Below are positions 21,231 to 35,203 of a DNA stretch of 64,000 nt, piece after piece. This DNA is from Trichoplax sp. H2. Taxonomy: Eukaryota. Where the stretch lies: the NCBI GenBank assembly GCA_003344405.1, contig NOWV01000016.1, positions 1 to 64,000 of the forward strand. The letters are read 5' to 3'. The position numbers were made by a program, and so were the translations under genes. The notes beneath the pieces are model-generated. The model worked only from the letters and a program-made list of their open reading frames with translations, was not told the DNA's origin and made no database searches. Numbering within the stretch: the stretch's first letter is position 1; the number at the start of each line of letters is the position of its first letter.

Positions 21231-24200
21231 TTATTGACGTTCAGTTAAGGTTAGCTTCATTGGCCTATCTGGAGTTAAAGTTACTCTATTGATCGCTTCT
21301 ATTTCATCAAGGTTATTGCAGCCGATGACAAACCTTTTAACCATCTAATAAAATATTTCGATCAAAAATTTTGTAAATTTCTTTTATTATAACTTAAAAT
21401 GAAAAATTGTTGTGTATGTTATATTAATACTTACTTTACCGAGAATGGATCATACTGTACTATGTTAATTAAAGAGCTCTAGTAATCTTCGATGTATTAA
21501 CTATCTGTATCATTTCCTGCTAATTTAATTACCTTAGCCAGTAGAAGATGCATCTCTAGTTCTGCAATACGTCGTCCAATACACATTCGAGGTCCAAAAC
21601 CGAATGGAAGAAACTTAAATCCAGCTCTTCCGATACTTTCTGGGTGGGTTCCTTTTATCCAACGTTCAGGTTTAAATATTTCGGGTTCCGGGTAAATTGA
21701 TTCATTATGAAATGGTTCGTATACGTTAGTAATAACTGGCGTCTAATAAAACAAATTCTTAGTTATTGTACGTACGAATCATGTATATCAAAGGATTATT
21801 TGTTTTATTTTGTAGGATTAAATTAAAAAGAAAGAATCAGCTTTTCTTAAATCATTTTCGAGAATTTACATTAGCAGGAACATGATAACCACTTAATACC
21901 ACATCTTCTTTTACTATTCTAGACAGATTAATGAGTACCGGATACAGCCTAAAAATGAGTAGAGGAAATCTCAGTAATATATTAATATAAAACTGAGCTT
22001 TGTATAAAATTATACGTCTTGAAATTATTATTGGAAATCTATACCATTGACTAAGTACGTAATAAAAATTTTAACATAGTTCAATCCATATACAGTATAC
22101 CTCATCGATTCTTTGATACAGGCTCTTAAATATGGTGCGTTATGTACGGTTACGGCATCTGGTTCTTCTCCGTCTTTTAATACTTGTGAAATCTCTTGGT
22201 AAAGCTTTTCTTGGGCTTCCGGATACTGCGATAGTAGTAACATAGTCCAACTAATAGTATTTGCCGTCTGATTTCATATAATATAATAACAGTACTTTTT
22301 ATTATGTATATTATATCATAGTTGTATATAATACAATTATGAGTATGGTGAGAGAGAAACAGGTTAGATTGAAGAAAGAATATCGTTTACTTTTGAAAAT
22401 ATTAGTAAAATTCATTACCGTATCAGAGGCTCCTATCATTAGTTCTAATAGTGTTATATTTAATTGTACGTCCGATAAATTACTTCGACGTAATACATCG
22501 GTTAAGAAATCGACATTATCATCGTCGTTGATGTTTGTATCCATAGATTTTAATTCTTCCTTTCTTTCTTGGATAATTTGTAGACCTATTTCATACATAG
22601 TATCCCAATGGCCACAAAATTCTTTCCAGAAACGTGTCTTTATATACTTATAATAAGGGGGGAAGATAAGCAATGATGCACTTTTTTCCATCATATTCGT
22701 CAGAGCTTTATAGAATGCTTCACCGCGTTGGCTAGGCGGATAGTCGAGGCAACCAATTCGTTTATCGAATATTATACTTAGAACGGCTATAGTGAGATTA
22801 AGTGTTTAATTAATAAAATTTTACAGATTTGTATGAATTTTTAGCATCATTTTCTACAATTGGAAGTATACGAGTAAATTACAAATGTAACATTATACAA
22901 ACATTATACAAACTAAAATAAAACGTTATAAGATAAAAACATGGTGAATGACTTAGGCGAACGTGCGATTCATAGATTTCCTATTCTAATTTAGCGGAGT
23001 ATTTGCATCTCGAGATTATATTCAGAATATGAACTGGCTATAATTCATTTATCTACATCGCGAATAGCTCAATAAATAGCAATAACTCAATTATAGAATA
23101 ATGCCGGATTGTAATACCGAGCTATGTTAACTTACTTTCTAACGACCATCTAAACGTTTGGCTTTCAAAACCGAGAATCTCATTATCGACGCCGTGTTTA
23201 CCTCTTATATGCAGTAAATAATTAATGAAATCATCGATAACTTGATTCATAGTTTTAGCGTAGCTTTGGACATCCTTCAATTTGAGCAATCTCTTATCGA
23301 CGGCGCTACGAGTTTCTTTCCATTCCTCGTCATTCCTACATTCGTAAATTGAAGGAATTTAAATTATAAATTAATGTTATGAAATCTGATGTAGTATCGG
23401 TAGAAAGTTCAGTTATGCTGAGTATGATTATGCTTTATAGGTTATTATTAGATTGAAGGTATCGATATATGTGTTATTGCCATTACTGATTGTAGGTAAT
23501 ACTACCTCCGAAGTTAGTATACCGCTTTCGAGTTACCATCTATATCATATATAGTACAAATAGAGTTTTAGCGAGCTCCGTGGACACATAAATATAACTT
23601 TGAAAAGCATATCGCAGTAGTAGTTATTATTAACAATATGATAGCATTACTAGCTCCATGGATTATCCGAATTTTCATTAATTGATGAGACTATAGCTTA
23701 GTACTTGAATTTACTTCGTTGTTGTCGTTATAATTATACGAGTACATTGTCAACAGAAGGAGCTCAACGTAGTTCAATATCTAAATGTCTTATTTCATTT
23801 TATTTCCTAATCGAATTCTCGAAAAGATTGCAGGGTGTGATACTTTAAAATACAATATGAGCACTATTCAGTGTAAAATTAATTTACGCATTGCCGGTTG
23901 TGTCTCTAGTGAAGTTTAGAAATTGCACTTTAGTAGACTATTAGTATTCTTCTTCTTCTTATTGCACTACGTTTATACCCGGAGTTCAAACTATCTGGGT
24001 CTACTCGTTTATTTAACGAACACATTGCATCCAGAATAAAGTTTGAGGTGATGATTGATTACTTAGAGATGATAGCAGTAAAGAAGTCCTCAAATGGATA
24101 CAGTGATGCAGTGAAACTCCAAGGCAGTAGATGAGGGAAATTACTTACGCTAATAGTACACCCAATGGTAATTTCCTTTCTTCTCTGTAATATGACCAAG

Positions 24201-24609
24201 GACCAATATCGAACCTTCTAGGATATTTTCCCTCGGCTCGATAAGCACGTTCAATATCTTTAGGATCGGATACCAGAACGAATTCAGTTCCACCAAAATT
24301 ACTTTTTACGATGGGCCCGTTAGCTTGAAACATATCTCTTACAGCAAGATGCGCTTTCTGTGTCATGTACTTAAAATTACGTATCGCGAATATTATATTT
24401 CGCAGTGATGTAGTATCTGATCCCGGTATTTGATCGAATGGCTTAATTCCATCGTTGGATGTTGGAGAGGTGTGAACTTTAGGATCAACTTGGTGTAGGT
24501 TTAACGACATATGCAAATAACAAGGCAAGATTCTTCCATGGAAACGATGCTGTCTATAGATCTGCCTTGACAGAATATCAACGCCTCTATCCAACGACAA
24601 CCGTAGCAT
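21231..24609 (-). CDS. Cytochrome P450, mitochondrial clan (CYP24/27-like), multi-exon
   Basis: Arg-rich N-terminal transit-like peptide; KPFDQIPG; AEGKYPRR; WKETR C-helix; GASDT I-helix; KESMR (ExxR); FKPERW; heme motif FLPFGFGPRMCIGRRIAE; stop at 21231-21233. Confidence 0.92.
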
Positions 24610-25599
24610 TTTCTATAGTTTTTTTCCCCTTTTGGGCTAATTAGTAGTCGACTAGAAAGATTATTTATTTATACAGAGGTTGTAATGTAAAAGTTGCCAA
24701 GTGTAGCTGATATGAAACCTTTATAAGTGTTCACTAACGTTTACTAACTGTAAATATACCTTGTACAGGGATGGGCAATATCTCGTCGTATAACTAATTA
24801 TCGACTGTTTTATAGTACAGTATGTAGTGTAAACAGTAGTGAGGATAGATCGTGAAGAGAATAACCCCTTGGAATGACTATAGACAGCAGAAATCGATGG
24901 ACTTTAAATGGATAACAAATGTCTAGAATACATTAGTATATGACTGTATACTAAAGAAGAGCTTGCCACTGTATCCGTACAGCAAGCAGTATAGTGTATG
25001 GTTCAATGCTGTACGGATATGATTTTGTACGGTATAATAGCTAACATTACAATGCTTGGATTAAATGATTAGCAAGATGGCTACTCGTTCTCTAGTCTCC
25101 CGAACGGTTTTATTAATGTTTTAAACATTGCTAATTTTTGAGTAATCTAAGATAGTTCACTGCAGCTTGATATCAGTCAGCCTAAAATCAATAGGGTTCT
25201 TAAGTAAGACAGTAGTATGTTTCAAGATTGCTTTTACTACTTATCGTCGTTGGCCGATTAATTATCTCCTTACGTAGGTGAAAGTTTTCTGTTTTTGTAT
25301 CGAAAGCCTTTAAAGACTTCAAAATTCAGTTAAAATCTCTCCATGAATATGTTCGATAATCGTGAATAGCGACGGTGAATTCTTCCTTTATAGACTAGTA
25401 ATCGGGTATAATAAGCCTACAATTGTTAATGTATTACTTGCAGATCAAAATTAATTACACCTCATTGAAAAAATTTCGAAGATTGATGCTCTTGTCGATT
25501 TTAAGTATGTTTATGATCATGGTAGACTTCAATGTCTTTCCTTATCCAAGAATAAATAGCATGCTAAAATATCAGGCACATACAATAACTTAATAGTTC

Positions 25600-26280
25600 G
25601 TTGGCAAAGCTAACTTTATTTAATTCGTAGAATAACGGAAAAGTGTGTATTGAAATATTAAGCGCATGCGATAATTGAGCAGTTTATGAACAAGGCCAAC
25701 TTTGTCAAATTCTTATAGTGAAGTAAAATTGTATTTAAAACATGAAGCATGTGCAATAAATAAACAGTTTACTAATAAGGTTAACGTTACTAAATAGAAC
25801 TTGTATTTGAAGATAGGGAGTATATGCAGTTCATTAACGATTTACTAACCGGAGTGAGATATCAAATTCTTAGTAAGGTTAAGATTGCAAAAAATGTGCA
25901 ATATCTTCTGCTTATATTAGTAGAAATTATATGTCAAAGGATTAAGCGCACGCATTACATTAACGATTTACATGTTAACCAGGATTAACTTTATCAAATT
26001 TTAAGAAGGTTATAATTTTAAAAATGCTGTATAATATCTCCTAAGCGTATTAATGAAAAATTGTGTATTAAAATATTAAGCACATGTAACAGATTAGTAG
26101 GTTTATTAGCAAGATTAACTTTAGCGGATATTTAGTATGGTAAGGATTTTAAATGCAATGCCACTTGTGAATAGAAAATGTATATTAATATACTAAATAT
26201 GCAATACATTACAATGTCTCTCCTACTTAATGAAAAACTGTATATAAAAGATCAACATATGGGATAAATTAATATTACCT
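25600..26280. repeat. Heavily decayed tandem repeat, roughly 130-140-bp spacing
   Basis: Recurrent degenerate blocks TGT(G/A)T(A)TT..AAATATTAAGC(G/A)CA(T/C)G...ATTAACTTT(A/G)TCAAATT near 25645, 25800, 25930, 26060. Confidence 0.5.
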
Positions 26281-27253
26281 AAAATTACCGAGATATTACC
26301 ATACACAAAAATAGATTATTTATTTATCAGTAAAACAATAATATGTATACCTTGAAAGACAAATACAATCTATTTAATTAAATTATGATCTAAACAGTAA
26401 AGGATATTATTGACTTTCTCTGCAGTAAGCGCTACAATACCTGCTTTCGAGAGTCTTCCAAGTAGTGATTATACATTGATAATTTTGATATTGTTTCAAT
26501 TATTGTAGCTGGCGCCTAACAATATTGTTATTATTGTAAATAAATAACTGCATTTACACATACATTTAAATAGTCTTACGTACTATTCTTTCATAAATCG
26601 ATAGCAGCCTATGCCTATATACTGTACGCTGATATGAAAATACGAGACAGCCAAACCCTTTCAGCAGACAAATGCATTACATTGAATAGATGGAAGAAAA
26701 ATAGATTTCCATTTATCTAAATATAAAATTTCTTTATTCAATATCAGGAATTTTACTTTTGGTCATGCATACAAATTAAATATCTCTAGAATTGGTATCT
26801 ATACACGCATGGATAAGAGCATTCTTCTTTGAATGTTGGAATATTGCTAAGTATTGTGATGCACGAGCATATACAATAGTTTAATTGATTTCTTAATTAA
26901 TTATTGGGAACAGTTGCGACTTGGAGAGAATGTGGGCTGATTTCTTTTGAACTGTAGCTTATTAGTAAGCGCTTAAATAGTGGTAATTGGAAGGAAATTG
27001 TTACAGTTGTTTTAGATCATATAGATTACCATAACGTAGATTAGATATCTATTTCACAGTAGTAAGAATGTAGTAATAAATGTTCTTTCCATTAGAATTA
27101 TATTTTTAAGTCTACAGAGTAAATGGATTTTAGTCCTCTTTTGTAGTATTTCTCAGTTATACAGAATCGATACCATATTTAACAGTTTCTATCTCAAACT
27201 TAATCTTTCACCATAGTTTGTAAATTGAAGTCTTAATTAGGTTATGTGGTAAC

Positions 27254-29239
27254 ATGGTTAAATCGCTGCGACGATCTATTTCAATCATTGTATCGGTAAT
27301 TATTGCATTTACTTTTGAGCAAAATGCTGATGCCCTCCAGATTTTTAACCAAGCCGTTAATAATTATTGCACAGAAAGTAACTCCGCAACAGACTGTCCT
27401 AGTAATATACCAGTTCAAGTCGGTTCAATTCGTTCAGATAAATCGATTCTCAATATAGACTATTTTGATCTCAATTTATGTCTTGTACAATCATCCTATT
27501 TACCAGTTAAAAGCGTCGGTCAGGGATTACTAGCGCACTTTTATCATCGGCCATCATTTAATATCTCATTTGGATTGAATCAAAGAAATGTTCAAATATG
27601 TAATGTAACGTACAATCACAATAACTCAATCAGCAAGAAAAAATTTGATAAATTATTATATGCCATCCGGAATAACTATATGTTATACTGGTCAATCGAT
27701 GATATGCCGCTTCGTTGGTGCTATCCTGTTATAGCTGGAAACAAGAGATTTTGTACCGATGGTTTTCCTATTGGATGTCATATCGATAAGCGAGGAAAAA
27801 TGACCACGGGTTGCTATTTACTTGATTTACCTTCATTAAATGATGTATATGTTATTTTTAATCATTTAGATATAGAGATATCATATACAACTAATTATAT
27901 GTCCGAACGTTCAATGTTAATTGCAGCTGTGGTCCGACCACGTAGTCAAACTAATAATATTAGAAAAACAAATACCGTTATTTCTCCAATTTTATCAAGA
28001 GATAGTAGCAAGAGAAATTCAATCGTGAGTTGGTCGTATACTTATTCAATTAGCTATAAACGCATAATATCAAATAGGATAACGCGACGAGATTTTTTCG
28101 CCAGCTACAGCCCGTATTCTTTTAGGCAGTGTAGTAGCCTATTTAATATCTTATTAATTGTTACATTTCTGACACTTATGATTGTTAGAATATTTTACTA
28201 TTCTTTTGGTAGAAGCGATGCAATGATTTCATCAGTAAGAAGCAATCAAATTATGCTAAAGCATGGATGGAGAGCAATTCGTGGCGATGTATTTAGATCT
28301 CCAAAATATTCCTTGTTATTATCTGTTTTAACTGGTTCAGGTATACAGTGTTTGCTGGCAACTTTTTATACGCTAGCACTAGCATGGATTGGCTTTATAA
28401 GTTTTAGTAATCCTTCAGAATTGCTATCGTCGGCTATTTTATCATATGTTTCATCTGCAAGTACTGCTAGCTATATATCCGCAGTTACTTATAAGACTAT
28501 TGATGGCAAAGATTATATTCTTAGTTTTATTATGACACCAACGTTAATACCTGGCATTTTCCTTGCTATTCTCTACATACTGAACTCTATATCACTTAGT
28601 ATGCTTACTCTATCAACCCCACCACAAACATTTATATTATTGCTAATAATGTGGCTATTGGTATTATGTCCACTATCTTGTATTGGATCCTACTTCGGTT
28701 TTAAACGAGAAGCATTACAGTTACCTGTCAAGCCAAGTAAAACGCCACGACAAATCCCTGAGTATAAGTTCTATAAATATCCTCTACTTGGTGTTGCTAT
28801 AGCTGGTGCTTTAATTTTTTCTGTAGTTGTAGTACCGATATCTGTCTTTCTAGATTGCCTTCAAACACATAATATTAACGAATCTTACGGCTATTCTATT
28901 CTCTATTTTATTCTAACAATATTATTATGCATTCAGATATCAGTTTATTTATGTCATTTATATTTATGTGCTGAAAATTATCACTGGTGGTGGAGGGCAT
29001 TTCTAGCTGGTGGATCAGTCGCTATATTTATTTTATTATATAGTTGTTATTTTTATCTTACTAGAATATCGTATAGTTCTAATGCATATAGTATGACATA
29101 TTTCATAGTCTACTTTGGCTATTGTACCGTCTTAGCAATCTATTTTAGCCTAATGACAGGTAGTATTACTTTCATTGCTGCCTTTATATATGCCAAGTTT
29201 GTTTATCAATACGCTAATATGGATATCATTCAAGTCTGA
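27254..29239 (+). CDS. Transmembrane 9 superfamily (nonaspanin) protein, divergent TM9SF2-like, single coding exon
   Basis: 661-aa ORF with signal peptide; IDDMPLRWCY...FCTDGFPIGC (TM9SF2-like Cys motif); IFNHLDI; GWRAIRGDVFRSP; PRQIPE; ENYHWWWRAFLAGG; multiple C-terminal TM helices. Confidence 0.9.
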   Translation: MVKSLRRSISIIVSVIIAFTFEQNADALQIFNQAVNNYCTESNSATDCPSNIPVQVGSIRSDKSILNIDYFDLNLCLVQSSYLPVKSVGQGLLAHFYHRPSFNISFGLNQRNVQICNVTYNHNNSISKKKFDKLLYAIRNNYMLYWSIDDMPLRWCYPVIAGNKRFCTDGFPIGCHIDKRGKMTTGCYLLDLPSLNDVYVIFNHLDIEISYTTNYMSERSMLIAAVVRPRSQTNNIRKTNTVISPILSRDSSKRNSIVSWSYTYSISYKRIISNRITRRDFFASYSPYSFRQCSSLFNILLIVTFLTLMIVRIFYYSFGRSDAMISSVRSNQIMLKHGWRAIRGDVFRSPKYSLLLSVLTGSGIQCLLATFYTLALAWIGFISFSNPSELLSSAILSYVSSASTASYISAVTYKTIDGKDYILSFIMTPTLIPGIFLAILYILNSISLSMLTLSTPPQTFILLLIMWLLVLCPLSCIGSYFGFKREALQLPVKPSKTPRQIPEYKFYKYPLLGVAIAGALIFSVVVVPISVFLDCLQTHNINESYGYSILYFILTILLCIQISVYLCHLYLCAENYHWWWRAFLAGGSVAIFILLYSCYFYLTRISYSSNAYSMTYFIVYFGYCTVLAIYFSLMTGSITFIAAFIYAKFVYQYANMDIIQV

Positions 29240-31081
29240 CTTTACAGCATATCTTATATGTATGTAATATACGTGTACTGTTAGCTGTGTGCAATGAGAG
29301 TTTAATTGCAGGGTTCACTTAAATGGCATTGTGTGAAAAACTGATTCATACAGGGTATAGAGCTATTCAAAGTATTAGTTCCAATTATTTGGTTGTTTTA
29401 TCAACAATATTTCCACTAGAGATAGTTTTACGTACTGTATCTTATGTGGTAGTATTTGCAATGATTAATATGCTATGTTAAATGTTACTAACGTCAAGTA
29501 TATAATTTGAAGTATTTTGTAAGTGAGTATAATTATTGATTGAATTATTGATAAACTTAAGATTAATCTATGCACATACACGTATCATCAACTGATTTTT
29601 AGATATCTAGAAGAGGCGTAGCCATTGTTGACATGATTTATAAATTTGTTGGGATACGCCGTAGTTCAGTCAAATAAAATACTGTACTGCAGAGGTGGTT
29701 CTTAACTGATTGCTTGTAGAATCTGCTAATAATTGGATAACGGTATGTTTTAAAATTTTAAATCGTGAAATGCTAACTAGTGCTTTATGAATAAAATTCT
29801 TTCCAACGAATGTCTTATTAAATCTTTTACAAGTTACTTGATCGAAATTTAATTGATGTACAGTATTATCATAATGCATACATAAAGTAGTGACATTACC
29901 CATTATTGTGGTTGAATGATTTTAATTACTGTACGTATAAATAGTATGGATGCAATCATTGCCCTAATGCAGTATGAACTTAAATTACCTCTCCTAAGTA
30001 GTTTACTTTATTATTATTTTATACACTTTCAGCGGTAGTATGTTTCAGTTAGGGGCTTTCCTGATATGGGTTCGTTTCAAACGACGTAATTTTCAGGTAG
30101 ACAGAAGTGATGGCTAAGCCCTTCATACTGTCGCAACTATACTTATAATATGATATACGGGCTAATTTAAATGTCAGTTCCATTTTGAGCTATTCGAACT
30201 TCGATTGGTAGCGTTATTAAGGCCTTTATAACCCTTTTATATGAGTATATCTCCCGGAGTGTCTACTTAGGGATCATTATACTCTGCGTCAAAAAGAAGC
30301 AAAAATTTGAAAACTAAAACTTTCAATATATTTAAATTTTTGATAATAAGAAAGCTTGTAGTATAAATCAAAAATGTAGTTTGTATATAAACGAAAGGAG
30401 AACAAAGTTACTTAATCTATATCCAGTATTATAATCAATAGTTAAATGTACGTAAATATGCATCATCGATGACTACATATTTGATTAAATGTATATAAAT
30501 GTAAAATTTTTGTATTTTTAGCTAAGTACATCAGGTATATTTACGCTTTATGAACGATATTTATACATGAAACATTTGCAAAATGCTATCTATTACTTGT
30601 ACATATGTAACTCGTTAACCGCAGCGATAAATAACATGATAAATAGATAACCGTATTAGTTTTATATTTATTACTAAAAGGTACTGTATAGGCATATAAG
30701 AATCAAATATTTAAAACAAACACGGTTTGAGGTGATGTATCGGTAATATAAAATTGTCATAAATGTATCGATCTACACTTGCAACGTTACTAAGCTTGAG
30801 CTGATATACGTGATTATCGACCGAGATATTTTTATTTGGTTATACATAGGACGAATAACATTGATATCACGTCTAACATACATGCTAATTGTGAGTACAA
30901 GCAATGCCGTCTTTCAGTAAAATAAATGTGCAGGATGACAGCAAATATTTATAGAATGAAAGTATATAATCTAGTTGAGTTATCTGATTATATGATAACA
31001 TATTCACAAGGTAGAGTTGTTACACTTATTGCAAGCAAGGATAATAGTCTATTGTATATGGAGTAAAAAGGATCTTGAGAA

Positions 31082-33468
31082 TTAGTCTTCAATCCTATCG
31101 CAACGCAAAATGTACCTTTTATGGAATAAAAAGATTGATAGAGATTTTAGCCAAGTAGAATTCTTAATAACAATAATCATGATTAGCTTACCCTTTGCTC
31201 TTAATTATACCGCGATGCTTAATGAGAGCAGTATATCTTGCAACCCAAATAGGTTGCCAATTGTCATTCTCGGAAGAAAAATAGTTGTTTAAAGTTGTTT
31301 TTACGTAATCGGCATCTAGAATATCTATAAATCAGATTAGCGTTATACATAAAGATTGCACAAATAAATAATATCGGTACAGTATGTCGATGCATGACGC
31401 ACCTCTAAGATCGGCATGAGTTAAAAGACGCACATTGTTTTCTTTTGCATATGATACTAATTCCTGTAAAATAATTATGTAATAAGTAGTACGGAAGAAA
31501 AGTATGTTACATTAATAAGCTAATCCTTTAATTTACCGGTGGTATTACGCAGCAGGTTGAGAGATTAACTGAATTTGTAGCTGGCTTAATCTAAAAAAAT
31601 TAACAAAAATGAAAAGATGTAGGCACTACAATCGCAGATATTAACATATGTTCGTACAAATGGCGGTACTGCATATTTAGTTTTAGATATGATACAGTTA
31701 GGTTAATAAAATTTTGGCATATAGTGATCGTCAGATAGCATCATTCACTGTACCTTGGACCAATCATGCAACTGTGATAGTTGATTCAAATCGAAATCAC
31801 ATATCCCAATCTCTTGAATATGTCCATTATCGACAAATTGTTCCATCATCTATATACGTATTACATATAATTATTATAGATCCATATATCAAGACAATAT
31901 GATAACAGGCATTCTTTTAGCGTAAAGTTCTGTTATTGTCTCTGATATGTAAATCATTATTTTACCTGCCATATATCTTGAACGTCACTGCTGAAATCTG
32001 TAACGGATGGTGGCAGAGATAATGTCGCGTTATCCACCTTGGTAATACCAAGTTCCTGGATTACTACCGATATATGAGAGAGCGGGTTAGAGAAAGATCA
32101 AATGTTGTAATGGTAATGGTAATTTCACTCCATATTTAGGGGATGAGTAACATAAGTTTGAGTCATGCGATAATTTACAATTTAATCATCGCATTTATAT
32201 AGTATTTACTGAAGAATTGATAAAATCATTTAGCGGCTAGTTGAATTGTTTGTATTTATTCAGAAAGGGAATGAAATGAAGTACACCAACTAGAGAAGTA
32301 TTAAAATTGTGACTTCACCTTGTTCGAGGGCGTCTTTTACATCAAAAGATTTTCCACTTAAAGCAAATATTTTAGCTAAACAAGAGAGGATAAGAATTTG
32401 AGCTATTTTGTTTAATGAAGTTTGTTGTAATAACAAGGGTATCATAGAATTAAGATATTTATTAATATTTGTACATTTATATTAACATTAAAAGTAGTAA
32501 GTAAGCCTTACCGGAAATCTCGAAGTCATTGAGACTATCGCTACTAATTTTAGATGGAAATTGTTCATGCCGGCAAGTCAGAATCTCTTGATCCTAAATA
32601 TCAGGCAATATGTTGAGACATTTGCATAAACTAGCAATGATATGATCTTCAGTTACAGTCATCAACTGATGACGTAATATGCAGAGAGATAATTTGCCTG
32701 CAAGCTATACATTACCATACAACATGTTTTCTCTAGGTGTTATCGACTACTATGTTAATAGATAGAGTAAGTACAGTAGTAATCTTTTCGTTTATCACAA
32801 AATAATTTCATTGCTTTATCTCGTACTTTATGTACAGATTGCTATTACGATAGGCTTTAAAGCATGTTTTTAAGTTTCTCTTTATTTCGCTCATTCTACG
32901 TGAACGCTGCAACAGAAAGGGTGATCTGTATTTGTCTTGTATTGTATGATATAATGCACTACTATTTACTAGCACATTGAGATCAATTTTTTGATACAGT
33001 ATGTTCAATATCCAGTAGTGAGATGATATTTGATTATAGTATAAATAAGTCTATGTTCGAAAACATAGATATACCTTTAAAGATTGGATATCGACCGATT
33101 CCTTCCAAGCAGTTAGAGTACCATCGACGCATTTCTGAAGCTGTAAACCACAGAAGAAAGAAATTATTCAATTTTGAATAGACCTATTTCATGATTGAAA
33201 GAATTAATACAATTATTTTCAATCCATCGCTGCCACCGGTTTATAATACTGTCAACACTAAACAGTGATGGCAGTTTATTGGATTGGAAGCTCGATCGAT
33301 ATAACAAGTATTGGATAAGGTGATTGTTGCATATTGACAGATTTGAAGCAATGGCTGAATTAGATTAACCTCGCTTTTGGAAGACTGACTAAATTTTCCT
33401 TTTAGTCTGTTCCATTCGGTTAAATTTCCAGTGTTGATGTATAATTTTTGCGTTGCTTGACTGACCAT
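31082..33468 (-). CDS. GCLM: Glutamate-cysteine ligase modifier subunit, multi-exon
   Basis: Spliced translation: MVSQATQKLYINTGNLTEWNRLKGK...LQKCVDGTLTAW...FEISAKIF...IGICDFDLNQLSQLHDWSKIKPATNSVNLSTCCVIPPELVSYAKENNVRLLTHAD...WVARYTALIKHRGIIKSKGYILRCDRIED*. Probable 5'UTR intron 33916-33491. Confidence 0.93.
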
Positions 33469-34216
33469 AGCTCAATTTAGGTGGAATCGCCTACAGAAGA
33501 GATCGAAGCGATTGAAGATTATTTTGATTGCCGATAATAGTCATTGAAGATCGTATTTTACATCAACGTATAAAGAGCATGGATATTATCCATTAACGGA
33601 ATGGATGATTGATATCGATGACTATGTTACCTCCATAGAAAATGTGAAATTGATACATTCATTTATGAATTCATTGAATACTCGTATGACAACAAAATCA
33701 ATTAGGACATTAATCCATCGTTGCAAGCTCGAGTTGCCCAAGTATCGTGCTCGTATTATCAAACAAAATCACGAAGTAAAGTCAACAGCAGTTCTGGCTG
33801 GTTTAAAGATGAGCAAAAGTTTGCAACAAACCAAGTTATTCACACGGTGAATTACTGTCTAAGAATGACGATTGCATGTATATTTATATATGGATAGAAA
33901 TGGAGATTGAGCTCACCTTGGCGTAGGGTTTGGCAAGTTGGAACTTCTTCAGAATAGACTACCGGTAAACCTTTTGCTTCGACACTTTATACTGACCATC
34001 TCTAGACCACACTCCCGTCCTGCGCTGAGACTGCGTACTGTACAGTGTACAGTACCTAGATTCGGCTGCAAAATTGTATCGTCATGCTGGCGGCAAGGCT
34101 ATACGATTGTAACAAAGATCGGCTGAAGGAGAAGAAAAGTGCTGCGTGTGCTACAGTACCAAGAGTTGCAGCAACACTGTACACTGTAAGAAGGAATCAT
34201 CCTACTGTAACATTAC

Positions 34217-35081
34217 GAGTCGGTAGAGACATCATGGACTGCCAAGAAACTTCCTTTTTTTAGTCCCTAGGGACCACTAAAGAGAGAAAATTACTAATTC
34301 ATTCATTATTACAGTGTATGTATATGTATATAGATTAGCAGTCGGTAGAGGCATCATGGACTGCCAAGAAACTTTCTTTTTTTAGTCCCTAGGGACCACT
34401 CTTTAAAGAGAGAAAATTACTAATTCATTCATTATTGCAGTGTACTGTATGTATATGTATACAGATTAGGAGTCGGTAGAGGCATTATGGACTACCAAGA
34501 AACTTTCTTTTTTTTAGTCCCTAGGGACCACTCTTTAAAGAGAGAAAATTACTTATTCATTCATTATTGCTGTGTATGTATATGTATATAGATTAGCAGT
34601 CGGTAGAGACATCATGAACTACCAAGAAACTTTCTTTTTTAGTCCCTAGGGACCACTAAAGAGAGAAAATTACTAATTCATTCATTATTGCAGTGTATGT
34701 GTATGTATACAGATTAGGAGACGCTAGAGACATTATGAACTACCAAGAAACTTTCTTTTTTTAGTCCCTAGGGACCACTAAAGAGAGAAAATTACTAATT
34801 CATTCATTATTGCAGTGTATGTATATGTATTACAGATTAGGAGTCGGTAGAGGCATTATGGACTACCAAGAAACTTTCTTTTTTTAGTCCCTAGGGACCA
34901 CTAAAGAGAGAAAATTACTAATTCATTCATTATTGCAGTGTATATACTGTATATGTATATAGATTAGGAGTCGGTAGAGACATCATGAACTACCAAGAAA
35001 CTTTCTTTTTTAGTCCCTAGGGACCACTAAAGAGAGAAAATTACTAATTCATCCATTATTGCAGTGTACTGTATGTATATA
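34217..35081. repeat. Tandem array B: 7 copies of a ~122-130-bp unit
   Basis: Unit GAGTCGGTAGAG...TTTTTAGTCCCTAGGGACCACTAAAGAGAGAAAATTAC...; each copy carries the palindrome GTCCCTAGGGAC. Confidence 0.97.
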
Positions 35082-35203
35082 CATTGTAAATTGAATAGAA
35101 TTCCTCCACGTCCATTTCACGTGAAATTCTCTATAGTCAATCATAATGAGAGGAGGAAAGAAAAGAAAAAGGCGATGTAATGAAGGGGGATCCTAGCTAA
35201 GAC

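Noticed and set aside
33605-33850. 81-aa plus-strand ORF inside the GCLM 5'UTR intron
   Set aside because: No recognisable domain or splice support; likely chance.
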